Below are positions 12,092 through 23,204 of a DNA stretch of 64,000 bases, piece after piece. The stretch spans positions 27,900,001-27,964,000 of the forward strand of contig NC_073389.1 of NCBI RefSeq assembly GCF_028641065.1, in the 5' to 3' direction. The stretch comes from Leucoraja erinacea. Taxonomy: Eukaryota. Made by a program: the position numbers and the translations under genes. The notes beneath the pieces were generated by a model. It saw only the letters and a list, made by a program, of their open reading frames with translations, was not told the origin of the DNA and made no database searches. How positions within the stretch are numbered: the stretch's first letter is position 1; the number at the start of each line of letters is the position of its first letter.

Positions 12092-13573
12092 TGTTTGATT
12101 GAAACTATCTTGTGCTTTAGTCTGGTACATGATTATCCAAAAGAAGTGCTGGAATATGTAGGCACATAGGGATTGCAGATGCTTGTTTACAAAAAAATAG
12201 ACACAAAGTGCTGGAATGAGTGCTGGATCTGCCAGTATCTGTGGAGGATATGGAAAGGTGATGTTTAAGGTTGGGACCCTTCTTCCGACTGATGAAGTAC
12301 AGGGAAAAAGCTGGAAGATGGGTGGGGACAGGACAAAGCCTCCTGGCAAGTGATAAAAGACACAAAAAGCTGGAGTAACTCAGCGGGACAGGCAGCGTCT
12401 CTGGAGAGAAGGAATAGGTGATGTTTTGGCATGTGACCCTTCTGCAGACGAGTGGATGCAGGTGAGGTGGGGGTGGGGTGATTGACAAATGGTTATCCAA
12501 AGGCTAGAGATGAAGAGACAAAAGGTAGTGAGGTAAGGAGAGAAGGATAGAAGAGGCATGAAATGTGATGCCTGAGAAAAGGATATGGATGAAAGGGGGT
12601 GATGGGTTGGGGAATGGAAAGGGGAGCAGGGTAGTGGGAGAAATGTGTGCGCTTCCAGTTGTGGCACAGGGAAGAGGGCAGGGGAGGTATGTTTCTTGGT
12701 TATTACTAACCTAAAACTGGAGAATCCTATTTGGTTGTGAGCTCCCTAAATATGTCAATATTTGTAATATGCCACTGATATTGTTCAATATGGCTAGATT
12801 TTCCAGGGCCATATGTTGACTTGGGAACCAACTATTTTAGTGTTTTACAAAGAGAGTGAGTTAATTGATAATTATGTAATTAAGCTGCCTTTAGAAAAGA
12901 CCAACCATCCATGATAGAATTTTATGAAAAGATTGAAAATGATTTTGTTCAATCCTAAATGTAATCAAAGCAAATTATGGAGCTGGCTACAGAGATTGGG
13001 GAACTACACTACAAGGGATGGTGTTGAAATACACAATGACTAACATTTCGTGAATTAATGCAGTTTATCGCAAAAATACATCTCTTTGTGGCACAAAAAC
13101 CCAACTGGAAAGATTAGCCGAGAATGACAAACAAGAGAAGTTGGCAATAATGTTAGACAAAAGGAAAAAGCTAATAACCTACCAGAAGGCTCAGCAACCC
13201 CATGTAATGAAAAGCATAAAGGAGGTTTTTTTTTTATTAAAGGAAAGTAAATTAGAATATGAATGAATATAGAAACAGATTTCAAATGCCCATTGGTTCA
13301 GAGGTATTTGATTGTCGCATGCAGTGAAATTCATTTTTTGTACATAGTTCAGTAAAAATCTTGCCACAGGTCCACCACCGATTTTCCAGTACCCTTGTTT
13401 CCAGAGCCTAGCAGTATTATCTATCCCGCAAAGTCGACTATGAGAACAGACTGCATGGGACAAATTCAACCTGCTGATCGGCCACGGAAATTAACGATGG
13501 GAACGGATCCGCCTGTCCATTCCCTCCACAGATTCTGCCTGGCCCGCAGAGTTGGTTTTCTTTAGGTTGGTTT

Positions 13574-13975
13574 ACATAGAAACATAGAAAATAGGTGCAG
13601 GAGTAGGCCATTCGGCCCTTCGAGCTTGCACCGCCAGTCATGACCATGGCTGATCATCCAACTCGGTATCCTGTACCTGCCCTCTCTCCATACCCCTGAT
13701 CCCTTTAGCCACAAGGGCCACATTTAACACCCTCTTAAATATAGCCAATGAACTGGCCTCAACTACCTTCTGTGGCAGGGAGTTCCAGAGATTCACCACT
13801 CTCTGTGTGAAAAATGTTTTTCTCATCTCGGTCCTTAAGGATTTCCCCTTTATCCTAAGCTGTGACCCCTTGTCCTGGACTTCCCCAACATCGGGAACAA
13901 TCTTCCTGCATCTAGCCTGTCCAACCCCTTAAGAATTTTGTACGTTTCTATAAGATCCCCCCTCAATCTTCTAAA
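13574..13975 (-). mobile_element. CR1 3' fragment
   Basis: MRKTFFTQRVVNLWNSLP; (TTTCTATG)n tail. Confidence 0.85.
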
Positions 13976-14149
13976 TCTTCTAAATTTTTAACATGCTTTT
14001 TAAGATTACTTTTAAGATACAGCGTAGAAACAGGCTGAGTTACTTCTGCACCTAGCGTCTTTTTATAATATCTTCCCACTGACTATTTAGATGTTGAAAT
14101 TATTGCACTTTGGCACCAACACCTTTTTTATTTGTTGATGGCTTTACAG

Positions 14150-14548
14150 AGAGTGGTTTCAGCGTAACAGCAATAACACGGACACCCTCAGTGACGTACG
14201 GTAATGCGTTTGAACTCCAGTGCTTCATCAGACCAAACTATCCTTCCTGGGTGTCTGTATCGTGGAGGTGGAAATTCCAGTCATCCCAATCAGGCAACAT
14301 CTACGACATGGTCACGTTTGCCCGCGACACGTCTATCATTTGGGGAAATAAGGTCACAAATTTTAAAAGCAAGACGATGATAACAAAGACGCCCAACAAC
14401 GTCCGGCTAAACGTCTCCAAGGCTAGTGATTTGGAGGCGGGGAGATACCAGTGCATTGCAGAACTTTGGCATCAGAATCAGATGGAACAGTGGGTGAGGA
14501 AAGCTGAAAAATCGTCAAACATCCTGGAGGTCAAGGTCAAACCGCCAG
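14150..14548 (+). CDS. IGSF3: IGSF3 exon, Ig domain 5 (ESGFSVTAITRTP...VKPP)
   Basis: tttacag acceptor, G|gtaagt donor, 399 bp; TAI.RTP.VTY, NNVRL.S.ASD.EAG.YQC.AELW as in IGSF3. Confidence 0.95.
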
Positions 14549-14904
14549 GTAAGTGCCTGAGATTCTCTTTCAGTCAGATAGCGATGCACTTGCCTCGGTT
14601 TAATACATCAATATGTCTGCAGTCTAGCCTTGCAGGCACCTGTCTGTTTTCAGTATTGTTGTACATTACAAGCCATTTAAGCTTCTAAACCTGTTTGCTG
14701 CCTTATTAACATTCTGCAGCCCTGAATATTTGGTTGACAATATTTCAATTGTCTAAATGTTTATAATACACTAATTCGTATTCCCGGTTGGACAGTACAT
14801 TTCCTGTTAATGATGTTAAATTCTGCATTCCGCTCCAATTGTTTTCCATATATTCGTATTTGCTGAATGCATCATATTTAGTAAAATACGTTTAGAATAG
14901 GTGC

Positions 14905-14984
14905 GGGTAGACCCGAAACGTCGACTATTTCCTTCCTATAGGTGCTGCCTCATCCGCTGAGTTTCTCCAGCAGTTTTGTCTACC
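14905..14984 (+). mobile_element. 80-bp Penelope pLTR end fragment with 14-bp TSD
   Basis: TSD tttagaataggtgc 14891-14904 / 14985-14998; insert carries gacccgaaacgtc..gctgcctcatccgctgagtttctccagc. Confidence 0.75.
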
Positions 14985-15065
14985 TTTAGAATAGGTGCTG
15001 CTCAATTCTCAGTGTAGAAGCAAGGAAATGCAAATGCTAGTTTAGCAAGGAAAGCGGTAACCAGT

Positions 15066-15093
15066 CTGAAGAAGGGGCCCAGCTCGAAATGTC
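15066..15093 (+). ncRNA. minimal hammerhead-ribozyme-like motif in Penelope pLTR (probably degenerate)
   Basis: CTGAAGA + short stem II + GAAA + TGTC; family consensus CTGAAGAAGGGTCYCGACCCGAAACGTC. Confidence 0.45.
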
Positions 15094-15515
15094 ACCTATC
15101 CATGTTCTCCAAGGATTCTGCCTGACCCGCTGAGTTACTCCAGCACTTTGTGGCTTTCCCTGTTCAATTCTAATTTTTTGAATGAAAGGTTCAGCTTGGG
15201 AACAGGGCCTATGGTCCACCAAGTCCACGCCGACCTTCGATCACCTGTTCACACTAGTTCTATGTCATCTCACTAACGCATCCACTCCCTGCACACTAGC
15301 AGCTATTTACAGAGGCCAATTTTACTTCGGAGTCACGTGAGTGACTACGTGAAGAACCCCGCTAGGACGCATGCGTGTCGTATCGCTACACGCATTGCAA
15401 ACGTCAGGCGGGGTGGAAGGACGTTCCCCCGCAGCGGCTGTTTAAAAAGCCGGAACCCGCAGGTAAGATTATTCTACGGTTAATGTGTGTTTCTTATACC
15501 AACTACAGGTATACA

Positions 15516-15985
15516 GCCTGGGTTTCAACAACTAAGTTACAGAGATAGGTTGAATAAGTTAGGTCTTTATTCTCTGGAGCGCAGAAGGTTAAGGGGGGAC
15601 CTGATAGAGGTCTTTAAAATGATGAGAGGGATAGACAGAGTTGATGTGGACAAGCTTTTCCCTTTGAGAATAGGGAAGATTCAAACAAGAGGACATGACT
15701 TCAGAATTAAGGGACAGAAGTTTAGGGATAATATGAGGGGGAACTTCTTTACTCAGAGAGTGGTAGCGGTGTGGAATGAGCTTCCAGTGGAAGTGGTGGA
15801 GGCAGGTTCATTGGTATCATTTAAAAATAAATTGGATAGGCATATGGATGAGAAGGGAATGGAGGGTTATGGTATGAGTGCAGGCAGGTGGGACTAAGGG
15901 GGAAAAGAATTTGTTCGGCACGGACTTGTAGGGCCGAGATGGCCTGTTTCCGTGCTGTAATTGTTATATGGTTATATGGTTATAT
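15516..15985 (+). mobile_element. 5'-truncated young CR1 LINE nested in the DIRS 5' leader
   Basis: LYSLERRRLRGDLIEVFK..FFTQRVV..WN; (GGTTATAT)n tail; candidate TSD aggta 15507-15511 / 15986-15990. Confidence 0.9.
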
Positions 15986-15996
15986 AGGTAGGAAAC

Positions 15997-17222
15997 ATGG
16001 ACAAAGGAAAGAAAACAAGGGCTGCGATGAAGCTGGTGAAGGACCGCGGAACAGCGGGCAGCCATCAGCGGCCAGCGGCACTTGGATCACCAATAATGGG
16101 ATCAGCTGTGCCCGATGTCGCCTCCGCACCGGCCAAATCCACTCCGCGGCCGGGCGGCAAGGGTACACAAAAAACCAACAAGAGTCGTGGACTCAGAGGA
16201 GTCCGACTCTGAGCAACCACGGGCGGCCAGCGACCGTGAGCGCTGGAGCCGGATGGAGCGGTGCATGGAGCATTTGCTCCAACGTGACAGGCTCTAGGAG
16301 ATGGAGTCGAGTCACTGTGGGCCCTATGGTAAACCCACAGCAGCATCTCTTGGAGGGCTGCACAGTGTCTCTCCCTCATCAGAGGGGAGCACTGGGGGTC
16401 AGTTCTGGGCTGACCTTGAAGAGGGGTTCTCGGAAGAAAAATCAAGTGTGCAGGGGGTGCAGGAAAGAGAAAATCTGCTGGACATGGTGTCCAATTTCAT
16501 ACAGCCAGACCAGGCTGGCAATAACCTGGAGCAAAAGCTTGCTGCCAGTATAGACTATATGTCTTTAAACCAGCTACAAGAACAGGCTGTATTGGACACT
16601 ACATCAAGACATCTGGCACCGGGAAACTGCATATCCCTGAATGTTCCAGCAGTCAACACCTGCATATGGAAATATATTGGAACAGGAGTTAGGAGCATGG
16701 ACGTTAAACTCCAGAAAGTATTAAAACTCCTAGCTGCTGGGATAACAGCATTCGCCCGCACAGTGGATGAAAAAGATATGTCCCAAGACCAACAGGATGC
16801 ACTGGCATTGTGTTGTAACACTCAATATGAGTTAAACAACATCAGAAAGAATGCCATTCGACCCACACTAAATCCAGAATTTGCGGGTCTGTGCAAACCT
16901 GGGACCCCAAAACCGCCAATACTACTGTTTGGAGGGGACTTATCGAAGCAAGTAAAAGAGCTCGATGAAGAATCAAAAAGGGACTTCATCCAAAATCCAC
17001 TACAACTACAGACAGCACCCCTACGCACCCACCAGTAGAACAGGATGGTCTGGGAGACCGACTGGTGAAAGCTCGAAGGTTCGGTACACTAAACATGAGT
17101 CTTTTTTAGGCCATGGCCCAGGCCGACCTTCTTGGAAGATAAGAGAACCTCCAACATCAACCAAACCTCAAACCCAGAATCCACCGCCTCAACATCAACG
17201 AAAGACTTACAGGAAGAAGTGA
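15997..17222 (+). pseudogene. DIRS ORF1 (gag-like), interrupted by frameshifts and a stop
   Basis: ORF pieces 15997-16212, 16115-16297, 16301-17038 and 16965-17222 join into one gag-like frame (..DVKLQKV..LLFGGDLSKQVKE..). Confidence 0.75.
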
Positions 17223-17249
17223 ACCTGCCACTGGTAACTATGGAAGTAG

Positions 17250-19140
17250 GTGGGTCTGGTTCCCTACAAAATACAGGGAGCACGGAGGTTGGGGGGGAGA
17301 TTACACTCCTTTCTGAATGCATGGAGCATGATAACTTATATTTTAAGCAGTATCCAGGGATATACTATAGAATTTATACACAAATACAAACCTCCAGTTC
17401 AACATATACCGAACCAAGTGTTCGTACTTTCGGGTAAAGAGAAATCAGAAGCACATGCTGAACTGGAGCGGCTTTACGCAAAAGGTGTAATGGAAAAATC
17501 CCAACACGAACCATTAGAATTCGTGTCCAATATATTTACCAAAAACAAAAAAGATGGTGGTTGTCGCATCATCATAGATCTGACCAAATTGAATACTTTT
17601 GTACAATACATTCATTTTAAAATGGAAACCTTTGTTACTGCTAAACAATTGATTTCCCAAGGTTACTTCATAGCCAGCATCGATTTAAAAGATGCTTACT
17701 ATTCAGTGCCTATACGAGGTGACCACAGATGTTTCTTAAAATTCAACTGGATGTGAAAGCAATGGCAATACAGAGCACTACCAAATGGGTTAACATCAGC
17801 CCCTAGGCTGTTCACAAAAAGTTTGAAACCAGCCCTAGCATTTCTACGGAAACGAGAACACATGGTCATGGCATATCTAGATGGCATACTCATTGTGGGC
17901 AAAAATTTGGAATTGGCCAAACAAACTGTAACAGCCACAAAACAGTTATTTGAAAAACTGGCGTTTATTATCCATCCAGTTAAATCTAAATTAACGCCTT
18001 TCACTACAATGGACTATTTGGGGTTCACCATTGACTCAGTTCACTGTTGGTGACATTACCAAAGGGAAAGGCGATAGAATTAATAGAGGCTTTCAAAAAC
18101 CTCATTGGCATCAATAAACCATCCATCAGGTTGGTAGCTAAAGTAATTGGCAAAATGGTGGCTGCCTTTCCAGCCACACAATTTGGACCTTTACATTACC
18201 AAAATTTACAAATGGCAAAAATACAAGCTCTCAAAACTAATGCTGGTCATTTTGACAGACCGATGAAGCTACCAATCAAAGCCATAATGGAATTAAATTG
18301 GTGGATAGATAACATTTGGCATTCCTACAACCCAATCATTATCAGCAATCCTTCAACGGTGCTACAAACTGATGCCAGTGCACTTGGTTGGGGTGCCACC
18401 AATTCCAGCTGTGGAGGTAGATGGACTGCTCAGGAAACATCATTATTACTCACACTGGGCATAAACTACCTGGAAATGTTGGGTGCATTTTATGGCCTAA
18501 AATCATATTGTACTGGGTCACACCACCAGCATGTTAGATTACAGATTGATAATACCACCGTGGTAGCATATATCAACCACATGGGTGGAAACAAATCAAC
18601 ATCATGTGACAATCTGGCTAATACAATTTGGCAATGGTGTACTCAGAGAGATATTTGGATAGCAGCAACTTACCTACCAAGTAAACTAAATTTAGTGGCA
18701 GACACCAGGTCACGCAAATTTAATGAAAACACCGAATGGATGTTGAACAAAAAAGTATTTGCTGATATTACAGCACCATATGGAACACCAGATATCGATC
18801 TATTCGCATCCAGGCTTAATCACCAATTATCAAATTATGTTTCGTGGGAACCAGACCCTGGGGCAGCGGCGACAGGTGCATTTTTGCTGCATTGGGGGAA
18901 ATTGTTTATCTATGCATTCCTTCCTTTCTGCCTCATCAGTCGGGTATTAAGGAAAATACAGCAGGACTCTGCGTCTGGTATTTTGATAGTACCCGATTGG
19001 CCTACTCAACCATGGTTCCCAGTGATACTGAACATGGTTTTGGAACCATGTATCACCATCCCAAATAGACCAGACTTGTTGGTACATCCCGTAACAAGGG
19101 ATAGCCACCCATAAATATTTAAATTTATTAATTTGTAGAG
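17250..19140 (+). pseudogene. DIRS pol: RT + RNase H + adenine-methyltransferase-like domain
   Basis: SIDLKDAYYSV; LPNGLTSAPRLFTK; YLDG (degenerate YLDD); TDASALGWGA, INYLEM, DNTTVVAYINHMGG (RNase H); DIDLFAS...YAFLPF...PDWPTQPWF (MTase); stop at 17754-17756 and a frameshift near 18047. Confidence 0.9.
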
Positions 19141-19183
19141 TTTAAAAATACCACTACTACAGCTGGGACTGACGGACCGAACA

Positions 19184-20026
19184 GTGAACATGATTTCGGC
19201 GGCCCAAAGACAGTCCACCCAAAAACAATATCTGGTCTATATCAGGAAATGGGAGATGTATTGCCACATAAACAACATCACCTACAGAGAGATGAACATC
19301 CTGTCTGTTCTGGAATACCTGGCAGGCCTCCATTATGATGAGGGGCTCAGTTACAGTGCCATAAACTGCGCCAGAAGTGCCTTATCAATGTATCTATGGC
19401 AAGGAACAGAGCGTCACTCTGTTGGGACTCACCCACTGGTAACAAAACTCATGAGGGGAATTTTTAATACTAATCCCCCAAGAACCAGGTACTCCCAAAT
19501 ATGGAATATAAGTATTGTCCTGAAGATGCTCAGGAATTGGTCTCCAGCAACAGCTCCGTCCCTACACAGACTGACATTAAAAACAGTCATGTTAATGGCA
19601 TTGGTCACGGCTCAGAGGGTTCAGTCATTACATGAACTGAGACTGGACAACATGACTTCTACACCCGAAAATATTACATTTTACATTTATGAATTAGTAA
19701 AACAGAACAGACAAGGATCAGCAGGCCTCAAAATAGAATTTAGATACTACCCAACAGATGATCGTCTCTGCATAGGCAGACATTTGTCATTATATATGGA
19801 GAAAACAAAAAACATCAGAGGCAATGAGAAGGCACTTTTAATCAGCCATAAACAACCACACAAAAGAGTGACGGTCCAGACCATCTCGAGATGGCTGAAA
19901 CAGGTTCTAACACAGGCTGGGATGGATACTAATGTTTTAAAATCTCATTCCACCAGGGCTGCAGCAACAGAGCTGCAGACTCGTTTCCAGGGCATGAAAT
20001 CACAGAGCTTTGAAATCTTCACGTAG
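19184..20026 (+). pseudogene. DIRS tyrosine recombinase, C-terminally deleted
   Basis: ARSALS..HPLVTKLMRG; TAQRVQSL (catalytic R); TISRWLK; HSTR (HxxR); the downstream catalytic W/Y segment is missing. Confidence 0.88.
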
Positions 20027-20752
20027 TCACTCACGTGACTCCGAAGTAAAATAGTAAGATTAAACGAGAACTTACCAGTTCGAAGTTTGATCATTATTTT
20101 ATGAGGAGTACGTTGAGGGAATACGTGCCCTCCGCTCCCACCCATGATCATACTAAACTGGTATTTCTTCTCTAAACTTACTATGTTTAGTCATTACAGT
20201 TATCTGTGATTTCACACCGCTGCTTTGAAGAATGACACGCATGCGTCCTAGCGGGGTTCTTCACGTATTCCCTCAACGTACTCCTCATAAAATAATGATC
20301 AAACTTCGAACTGGTAAGTTCTCGTTTAATCTTACTATTAACCTGCAAACCCACACGTCTTTGTGATGTGGGGAGAAACCGGAGCACCCGGAGGAACCCC
20401 ACGCAGTCACAGGGAGAACGTGCAAACTCCACATACACAGCACCTGAGGTCATGATTGAACCCAGGTCTTTGGCACTGAGAGGCAATATTTTAATTGTCT
20501 AATGCATGAACCAATAAGTCTTATTACTGTTTAGGCAGCACATTTCCTGGTAATTACTTAAAACTCTGCATTATGCTCCAATTTCTTTCTATATACCCGT
20601 ACTTGTGTTTATTGAATACATTCTGGTTGGCAACATACATTTTAAGTAGGTACTGTTTAATTGTCATTTCAAACCCCTTTTTTCTCTGGAAGATATTGAT
20701 TACTCGCATACCTTAATAGACATTGGGTAGCTTGTGCAGGGACACCATTAAA

Positions 20753-21080
20753 GGGTCGCACAGTGGCACAGCTGATAGAGCTGCTGCCTCACAGAACCAG
20801 AGACCCGGGTTTGATCCAGACTGTGGGTGCTGTCTGTGTGTGGAATTTGCATGTTCTCCCTGTGACCACGTGGCTTTCCTCCAGGTGCTCCGATTTCCTC
20901 CCACATCCCAAAGACGTACGGATCTGTAGGTTAATTGGCCTCTGTAAATTGCCCCCTACTATATAGAGAGTGGATTTGAAAGTGGGATAACTTGGATCTG
21001 GTGTAAACGGGTGATCGATGGTCGGCATGGGCACGGTGGGCTGACAGGTTTGTTTCCATTCTGCATCCCTAAACTCTAAA
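20753..21080 (+). mobile_element. HE1-like SINE
   Basis: Full head/core/tail. Confidence 0.85.
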
Positions 21081-22362
21081 CATTACGTAAACTCTTGCTA
21101 AAAATAAACACACAATGCTGGAGTAACTCAGTGGGTCAGTCAGCATCTCTGGAGAAAATGGGTTGGTGACGTTTCACCTTCCAACATGAGGCAACATGTT
21201 AGTCCCAAAACATGGCTCCATCACACTGCTGGCACTGTCCGTCTCACTGTATTGTGCTGCATCAGCACTTTCCCTGTTGTGCCCGTCACCTTGATGAGGC
21301 TTCTTAATCAACTCCAGGGCACATAATGAACTTAGTCGCTATCAGTCGTCGTCTCTCTCCCTTTTCTAAGTCCATTGTTTAAACTTTATCTCTATCTTCC
21401 TCTGTCTTTCCATCTCTGTCGTCTCTCTTCATCTTAAACATCCCTTGATGTGAGAGTTAGCTTTATTCAGATACCTTGTGAGAAGAATTGAATGGTGCTT
21501 GTAGCCAGTAATGTTCCTGCTGTAGACTTCCAGCAGTAATTACTGTCCCTGTGTGTCAGTAGTAATGAATGTTCAGCTTCGAGCCATCTGTCAGAACAAG
21601 CGGGAATACAAGATTTCACCCTTGCCTCCTTCTCTCGAATTATTCATTGGAATATCCGAGAGCTGCCTCAGATAATCTCAAATCCTCTTTAACATGGGGT
21701 ATGCTTTTGGTTAAACATTAATTTAATGCTGAAAAGTGATTATTTTCAGTTGTGGTGAGCATTTTCGTCAGAAGCCTTTCACAACATCAGATATAACATA
21801 GAAATATGAATAAAGAAGAAGGTACTAAAACATTTTCTTATGGGAGCACTTCGTATCTAATATAAATACATCAAAATCTGATGAATGTGCTCCATTATAA
21901 AATGGGCGCCAAATTGTAATTGGCATCCAGCATACATGTGCTTTGCATAAGATTCCAGCATCTGCAGCTCTTTGTGTCTTTGATACTATTTCAATATTAA
22001 TTTTGTTGAACGAAAAATCATTTTTTTTTAAATACTATTTTTAAAGGATGGATTTTAAGCCATGTTGATGACTGCTTTTAAAAGACACAAACATAATGAG
22101 ACACCTGTAGCTAAAAAATAATTAGTAGTGTGGTTATGTGCTAGCAAGTTCAGTACGTTCATTCAGGTGAGAATTATGATCGGCAGAAATGGAAAATTGA
22201 ACTCAAAACTGAATTGTTCCTGAACCATAGAGCAAAACAGGAAACCCCACGACTGCCTAGACATAAGGATAACGATAAAAGGACCAATGAAAATTCATCT
22301 GACAGATCATATACAGCACGGAAACAGGCCCTTCGGCCCAACTTGTCTATGCCGACCAAGAT

Positions 22363-23204
22363 AGACAATGTGATAAATGTGAGGTGCTACACCTTGGCAG
22401 GACAAATCAAAATAGGACGTACATGGTAAATGGTAGGGAATTGAAGAATACAGTTGAACAGAGGGATCTGGGTATAACCGTGCATAGTTCCTTGAAGGTG
22501 GAATCTCATATAGATAGGGTGGTAAAGAAAGCTTTTGGTATGCTAGCCTTTATAAATCAGAGCATTGAGTATAGAAGCTGGGATGTAATGTTAAAATTGT
22601 ACAAGGCATTGGTGAGACCAAATCTGGAGTATGGTGTACAATTTTGGTCGCCAAATTATAGGAAGGATGTCAACAAAATAGAGAGAGTACAGAGGAGATT
22701 TACTAGAATGTTGCCTGGGTTTCAACAACTAAGTTACAGAGATAGGTTGAATAAGTTAGGTCTTTATTCTCTGGAGCGCAGAAGGTTAAGGGGGGACCTG
22801 ATAGAGGTCTTTAAAATGATGAGAGGGATAGACAGAGTTGATGTGGACAAGCTTTTCCCTTTGAGAATAGGGAAGATTCAAACAAGAGGACATGACTTCA
22901 GAATTAAGGGACAGAAGTTTAGGGGTAATATGAGGGGGATCTTCTTTACGCAGAGAGTGGTGGCGGTGTGGAATGAGCTCCCAGTGGAAGTGGTGGAGGC
23001 AGGTTCATTGGTATCATTTAAAAATAAATTGGATAGGCATATGGATGAGAAGGGAATGGAGGGTTATGGTACGAGTGCAGGCAGGTGGGACTAAGGGGAA
23101 CAAAAAAACAAAAAAAAAACAAAAAAAAAAAAAATTCGGTATGGACTTGTAGGGCCGAGATGGCCTGTTTCCGTGCTGTAATTGTTATATGGTTATATGG
23201 TTAT
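22363..23204 (+). mobile_element. 5'-truncated young CR1 LINE (same subfamily as 15516-15985)
   Basis: Intact ORF2 C-terminus (ORF 22384-23094), GGTTATAT tail, TSD aagat 22358-22362 / 23205-23209. Confidence 0.92.

Larger units (their letters stand above)
15319..20339 (+). mobile_element. DIRS1-like tyrosine-recombinase retrotransposon, near full length, defective
   Basis: ITRs 15346-15379 / 20234-20267; internal complementary region 20016-20127 is the reverse complement of both termini; gag, RT/RNase H/MTase and YR ORFs; ATT at both ends, no TSD; splits a SINE. Confidence 0.95.

Noticed and set aside
18047-20026. Prophage, bacterial integrase or restriction-modification system (tyrosine recombinase + adenine MTase)
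   Set aside because: The domains are linked to RT/RNase H and bounded by ITR/ICR, the standard DIRS1 architecture, within vertebrate introns
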